Made by a program: the position numbers and the translations under genes. Below are positions 57,503-64,000 of a stretch of DNA of 64,000 bases, in pieces (positions within the stretch are counted from its first letter, which is position 1; each line of letters opens with the position of its first letter). Source of the stretch: the human T2T-CHM13v2.0 reference genome, Homo sapiens. The stretch lies in NCBI RefSeq assembly GCF_009914755.1, contig NC_060929.1. The stretch is one strand, 5' to 3'. Below the pieces are notes generated by a model. It was not told where the DNA came from, searched no databases, and was given only the letters and a program-made list of their open reading frames with translations.

Positions 57503-58600
57503 TCAGCCACTAAGCTGAGAAGGAGTCAGTGAGAGAGGCTTGGGCCAGAGTTCCAGGGGCTCTGGGAGTGGCTGCCAGGTGAGTTGAACAGTCCGATTTC
57601 CAGTGGCATCCCGCACAGATGGGGGAATCCTGGGCTGCAGGCATTCCTTGGCCTGGTGGTCAGATTTCTGGCACTTGTAGCAAGCTCCTGGGGGAGGAGG
57701 TTCTGGAGGAACGCCTGGCCCCTGCGGTTCAGGCATTTGGAAGTTCTTATGTGCTGGAGATGTGGCTGGGGTTTGTCTCACAGTGGAGGCAAGGAATTGC
57801 AACTTTTTTCTATTATTGTACACCTTGAAGGCGAGGTTAATTAAATCCTGTTGTGGGGTTTGAGGGCCGGAATTTAATTTTTGGAGTTTTATTTAATGTA
57901 GGGAGCAGATTGGGTAATAAAATGTATATTGAGCATAAGACGGCCTTTTGACCTTTTAGGGTCTAGGGCTGTAAAGTGTCTCAGGGTTGCTGCCAAACGA
58001 GCCATGAGCTGGGCTGGATTTTTATATTTGATGAAAAAGAGCCTAAATGGTATCTGATTTGGGATAAAGAAAAAGGAGTGTTAACCTTGACTATGCCTTT
58101 AGCTCCAGCCACCTTTTTAAGAGTAAATTGCTGGGCAGGTGGGGGAGGGCTAGTCACGGAACAAAACTGTAAGCCAGACCAGGTGTGAGGAGGGGAGGCG
58201 ATAAAAAGATTATAGGGTGGAGGAGCGGAGGCTGAGGAAGAATTGGGAACTAGCTCAGCCTGGCGAGGAGCAGCCCGGGGAGGAGGGGAGAGGTCAGATG
58301 GGTCTATAGAAAAGGAAGATTAGAAAGACTCAGCAACGCTTGGGGTTGGGACTGAGGGGACAGGCGGGAGAGAAAGAAGGAAGATTTGGGATGAGTTGCA
58401 TTGGGAACAGAGACTAGAGAGGGACCGATGTGTAAAAGAATGCCTGGACGTCAGGCATCTCAGACCATTTGCCCATTTTACGACAAGAATTATTTAGATC
58501 TTGTAGGATGAAAAAATTGAAAGTGCCATTTTCCGGCTATTTGGAACTACTGTCAAGTTTGTATCGGGGTCAAGTGGCATTGCAGAAGAAAATAAGATGC
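57503..58600 (-). pseudogene. gag: HERV-H gag remnant
   Basis: CCHC knuckle CYKCQKSDHQAKEC; upstream part disrupted, boundary approximate. Confidence 0.8.
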
Positions 58601-58779
58601 TTAGATTTTAGGTCAGGTGAGAGTTGAAGAGGTTTTAAGTTCTTAAGAACACAGGCTAAGGGAGAAGGAGGAGGAATGGAAGGTGGAAGCTTGCCCATAG
58701 TGAAGGAGGCAAGCCCAGAGAAAAGAGTAGAGACACGGAGAAGGGGTGAGGGGTTCTTGCCCTCCAGAAAAGCAGAGAA

Positions 58780-58981
58780 GGGGTTGGGGTGCAGAAATAC
58801 GAGGTTGGGGCACAGAAATAAGGGATCGGGGTGCAGAGATAGAGGTTGGGGCACGGAACTAAGGGATTGGGGCGCAGAGATATAAGAGGTTGGGGCACGG
58901 AAATAAGGGATCAGGGCGCAGAGATATAAGAGGTCGGGGTGCGGAAATAAGGGATTGGGGCGCAGAGATACGAGGTTGGGG
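58780..58981. repeat. Tandem ~20-22-bp repeats in HERV-H leader
   Basis: gaggttggggcac(a/g)gaaataagggat(c/t)ggg... repeated. Confidence 0.85.
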
Positions 58982-59568
58982 TACTTACCCCTCCCCCAGA
59001 AAAGCGGGACTTGCCACTAAGGGTGAAGGAGAAGTGGTTGGGGGTTTCTTGCCCACCAGAAAGGTGGAGAAGGGGTAGAGACATGGAGAGAAGGGGTTGG
59101 GGTACTTGCCCCTTCCCCAGAAAAGCAGGACTTGCCACTAAGGGTGAAGGACCAAGGCAGGCATCCCTGCGTGCTCTGACACCTCTGAAACCTGGGTGAA
59201 GAATCAGAGAGGCGTCCCCGTAATGATTAAACACCAAGGGAAGGCTGCCTTCCCTAGTCCGTGACCGGCACCAGAGTTTTGGGTCCACAGATAAAATGTG
59301 TCTCCTTTGTCTCTACCAGAAAATGAGAGGAATTGAAATTAAAAGAAGGGAGAGATTGAAATGTGGTGCCAAGATTGAAAGGAGAAAGAGGTTGAGGGAT
59401 AGTGAGGGAGGTTGGAGAACAGAGTAAAAAGAGGCCGCTTACCGGATTTGAAATTGGTGAGATGTTTCTTGGGCTGGTCAGTCTGGGGACCTGAGGTCGT
59501 AGGTGGATCTTTCTCACCGAGCAAAGAGCAGGAGGACAGGGGATTGATCTCCCAAGGGAGGTCCCCCG

Positions 59569-59586
59569 ATCCGAGTCACTGCACCA
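59569..59586 (-). other. Primer binding site, tRNA-His
   Basis: TGGTGCAGTGACTCGGAT versus canonical TGGTGCCGTGACTCGGAT (1 mismatch), 2 nt from the LTR. Confidence 0.95.
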
Positions 59587-59588
59587 AA

Positions 59589-60000
59589 TTTCATGCGCGT
59601 CTGTGTGAAGAGACCACCAAACAGGCTTTGTGTGAGCAACATGGCTGTTTATTTCACCTGGGTGCAGGCGGGCTGAGTCCGAAAAGAGAGTCAGCGAAGG
59701 GAGATAAGGGTGGGGCCATTTTATAGGATTTGGGTGGATAAAGGAAAATTACAGTCAAAGGGGGTTGTTCTCTGGAGGGCTGGAGTGGGGGTCACAAGGT
59801 GCTCAGCAGGGGAGCTTTTGAGCCAGGATGAGCCAGGAGAAGGAATTTCACAAGACAGTGTCATCAGTTAAGGCAGGAACAGGCCATTTTCACTTCTTTG
59901 TGGTGGAATGTCATCAGTTAAGGCAGGAACCAGCCATCTGGATGTGTACCTGCAGGTCACAGGGGATATGATGGCTTAGCTTGGGCTCAGAGGCCTGACA
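59589..60000 (-). promoter_or_regulatory. HERV-H 5' LTR (LTR7) promoter
   Basis: TATAAAA at 59719-59725 (minus), GT/KLF box gggtgggg at 59708-59715; downstream donor CCG|GTAAGC at ~59442 intact. Confidence 0.9.
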
Positions 60001-60037
60001 GATATGAAGGACTCTGTAGCTGGAATTGATCATTATT

Positions 60038-60058
60038 ACACACACACACACACACACA
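60038..60058. repeat. (CA)n microsatellite
   Basis: About 10 AC units. Confidence 0.9.
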
Positions 60059-60679
60059 TACATTACTTATCTATATCTCCACACATGTAGTTGTTTCCGT
60101 GTACTACATAGCTATTTTAGTTGAAGAAACAGGAAAGACTTTTAAGCATATTGTTCAAATCATATACAGTAAGACTTTAATTTTCTGATATGGTTTAGAA
60201 ATGAAGTATGATAATTAGATTATATGGATATTAAAGAGATAATTATAAAAATCTTCCAATAATTATGATTGAAAATCATAATTGTCTTATACTTAAGTTC
60301 TGAGGAATCTAATATAATCATTGAAGATTAAATATCTGGGAAGGCCTTAGCATCACGATAATGAATGAGTTGGATCATACTGAAGAAATAAAATAGTGTT
60401 TGTTTTTGTAGCTGTGGTTTTTCTCACTTCTTGCTCCTAAAATTGTAATTGTTATATATATATACATATATATAACTATTATATATAACTATTGTGTTAT
60501 ATATGTAATATATATATGCATATATTTCAATGGGGCTTGATGGGGTAGATTTACTAATTCCTGTACCCCTATTTATCATAAGCTGGAAAGTGAAAGGGAG
60601 AAACAGACACTCCATCTAAGATTAAAGAGAACACAGAGAAAGGGAGTTTAACATAAAATTATTCCAAGAATAAATAGTG

Positions 60680-60880
60680 TAATGGATACAGCACTGCCTC
60701 TGAGCTCACCCTGATTTGGGGTTGAATTCAAGATGCAAATTCCTAACCGAACTTGTTCCTACAGTGTTAAGCAGTGAAAATTCCTATATCATGGGATGGT
60801 CATGAGGGTTAAATAAAATAATGATTGTGAAACTCTTAGTACAGTGTTTATTACATATACATTTTAAGTTTTATTCCCAT
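60680..60880 (+). mobile_element. MIR
   Basis: 'gtgtaatggatacagcactgcctctgag...gggatggtcatgagggttaaataaaataatg...cttagtacagtg'. Confidence 0.65.
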
Positions 60881-61710
60881 TTTATGCATGAAATAGCATA
60901 TATTTAATAATCATTCAATAAACCTTAGTTATGCATAAAATTTGCCTTTAATATGTATTCTTGCCACATACTCCTTAAAATAGCTGTATCTTGGAGAGAA
61001 GCTTCACCCTTGGAAATGGAATCTCTCACATACAAATTCCTAGTACTATTGGAACCTAACTTACTCCATTAACTTCAAGGGGGAAAGGGACTCCTCTATA
61101 AAGATAAGCAACATCTACAGCACAACCTTCAAGCTTCAGGCTCAACAGGCACCATAGTTCTGAGAAAGAAGGGCGCTGAAGAGAAATGCAGCAAGTGAGA
61201 GGGCTTAATTAGCTCTGGTAGAAAATTAGATGCAAATTATCTGCTCCTGCCAACCCAAGGGGCTTGCATTCTCCATTTCTTATCAGATTGTCCCTTGGCT
61301 CCAATTTCTTTGGGGAAAGAATCTTGATGCTGATAACATTCTCACACCACAAGGAAGGTTACTGCACAGAATTCCAGAGTTTGGTGCAGAGTTGGCTCAG
61401 TTTCCTATTGTGAAGTAAGCAAAGTCTTTTAACTGCCTGAATGTCAGCTGTTCTGCTTCAGTCCTCCTCAGGGATATCCTGACCCCTTCCAATACAATCT
61501 CTAACCTCTACACTGACCTTGCCACTAGAGACCCCTTGATTAATTACCAACTCTCAAATAGATGTATATACATGTATATATATGAAAAAATTCCAGGCTT
61601 CTCATAGTTTGACATGCTCTGGTGAGAATTCAAATCATAACCACAAAAATCTTGCACACAGTGTGAACGCTTCTGGGTTTATGGATTCTCTACTCCCTTG
61701 TCTACTTTAG

Positions 61711-62147
<437 letters not shown>

Positions 62148-63064
62148 TCTCAGGACATTCTTGATGGAAGCAGGAAGAATCTTCTATGTAGTCAGGGTGA
62201 TATTTTAAAATACATCGTTGTGAATTTTGCCTTCACATTTCTTTCCATGGACATGACACCCTCCCTGGTGAGCCCAGAGTAGGGTTGAGTTGAGGTTTGG
62301 GAATTAAATTGTCATATTAATATTCACAATAGTAAAAAGAGAAATAGTTAATGTTTTTCTTCTGACACTAAAATATGATTTCGCAGCAAAACCAAAAGCT
62401 TGGATTCTGAGTAAGAAGATAATTTTCTAGTTCATTTGAGCATATCAAAGAATGAGTAGATATCCAATAAGAGTTTATTTCTTAGTAGAATGAAGATACT
62501 CTTTTGTCTATGATTACTGGATTGTGCTGCTATTGAAAGGTAGGAGAAGAATACGAAGGAGAGAAATTCTTGAAGCCCATCCCTTCTGGGCAGTAGGATG
62601 ACAGGGAGAGTAAACATTGCTAGGCAAGAGTGAAAGAAAAAAGACTCATGGGTTCTAATCTCTAGGCAACAGGCTTTAGTGTGTGAAGAGAATGTGTATT
62701 GGATAAGCACAGAGAAATGAGTAAGTCTAGGAAGGATTTACTTTCATCCAGTTTGGGACTCTATATGGCACACTGCAGAATTTAGCAATTCCAGGCAACC
62801 ATTATTTCAAATGCAGCATAAGCAGTGTCAGAGGAGCTGATTTAAACCCAAAAGAGACTGCAAGACAGCTGGAAAATTTAGGGGCTTGTTTGTTTGTTTG
62901 CTCCTTCCCCAGGTGCTCTCTGCTCTCCAAAATATTAAGGTTGTTTTGAGAAAAGAGGAGGAGTTAGGACATTAGGCAGTCCTCCAATAGTGGCTACCAT
63001 AAAGGAGGAACCCAAGAGGTCTCATCTGGAGACACTGGGTTTTAGGTATCATGGGTTTCCTTAT

Positions 63065-63450
63065 TGCTATGGTTTGAACGTTTTTGTCTGCTCCAAAATT
63101 CATATTGAAACTTGATCCCCGATGCAAAAATATTAAGAGGTGGGACTTTAAGAAAGTGATCAGGCCACGAGAGTTCTGCTGTCATGAATAGGATTAGTAA
63201 CCTTATAAAAGGGCTGGAGGAAACTAGCAAGGTCCCTTTCTGTTTTCCCCAGACACCGAATGCCAATACCTTGATCTTGGACTTCCCAGATTTAGAACTA
63301 TAAGAAATACATTTTTGTTTTTTATAAATTACCCAATGCTGTGGTTTACTCTTTGTCCCCTGCCAAAACTCACATTGACATTTACTCCCCAATGTGGCAG
63401 CATAGAGAGATTGGACCTTTAAGAGGTGATTGGGTCATGGAGGCTCTGGG
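63065..63450 (+). mobile_element. Two abutting MST-type MaLR LTR pieces (63065-63336; 63337-~63450)
   Basis: Both start tgct(a/g)tggttt; the first carries 'accttgatcttggacttcccag...ataaattaccca'. Confidence 0.75.
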
Positions 63451-64000
63451 TGTTAAAACTGGAGGAAGGGAAGAGAATCTGAGTCTTCTTCTCACAAAAT
63501 CTTGCTATGAGAGGACTGGTCATTATTAATACCTGTCCTGGTATTACTACATCATCCTGGAGGACCAGATGTTTTTGGAATGAGAGAAGACAAATGAAGT
63601 CTTGCGTCTACTGTTTCTTAGAGACAGTGTTTCTGATTATAGGCCATAGTTATCTTAAAAAGACCATGTTGATCTTCACAGTCAGCTGAGAATGTAAAAG
63701 CATTGGTAGTGATTGCCATGGAGGGATGGCTTTTGAATAGCACAGGTAGGACCTCATGGGATTGAGGAGCAAGTGAAATAACTGAAAATTCGTAACTTCA
63801 GAACATTTCAACATGTTTAAGAGCTGAACAAAATTACAAAAAATCCATTTTATTTGCCCATATTTATATTAGTTATATTATTTGTTCAGGGAGTCAGGAA
63901 AAGGGAAATTTACAAATTAATGACGAATGTATTTTGTAATTATTCTGGCCAGTGTCTTACCTGAATTGGGCCTTGTTCCAAGACTGATCCTTGTTTTCTT

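Larger units (their letters stand above)
54266..60000 (-). mobile_element. HERV-H provirus, ~5.7-kb deleted type, both LTRs present
   Basis: Two LTR7s, tRNA-His PBS, polypurine tract next to the 3' LTR, gag/pro/pol remnants, perfect 5-bp TSD gatat (54261-54265, 60001-60005). Confidence 0.98.

Noticed and set aside
58780-58981. Repeat array as CRISPR-like or novel
   Set aside because: No unique spacers; tandem repeat within the HERV-H leader in a primate genome

Overview
Gene-free, AT-rich primate genomic DNA, probably catarrhine/hominoid given Alu, THE1, LTR12 and HERV-H. No intact protein-coding, rRNA or tRNA gene is supportable; ORF-track hits are repeat-derived or spurious. Main elements: a complete 5.7-kb deleted-type HERV-H provirus on the minus strand (54266-60000; LTR7 pair, tRNA-His PBS, GATAT TSD); an old ERVL-class gag/pol remnant (~9.1-18.2 kb) split by an Alu and two full-length THE1 elements; several solo LTRs; L1, L2, MIR and CR1 fragments; Tigger3a and MADE1. 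The unexplained signal is four local inverted duplications (arms 0.1-0.5 kb, spacers 0.3-2.2 kb, ~84-94% identical) plus a nested 34-bp one. For the 24.8-25.9 kb pair, the continuity of an old L1 reconstructs a spacer inversion with ATC microhomology at both junctions, as expected from template switching. A CpG-retaining patch at 26.8-27.3 kb is a candidate germline-hypomethylated regulatory element. All identities and counts are by eye; subfamily names are from recalled consensus sequences.
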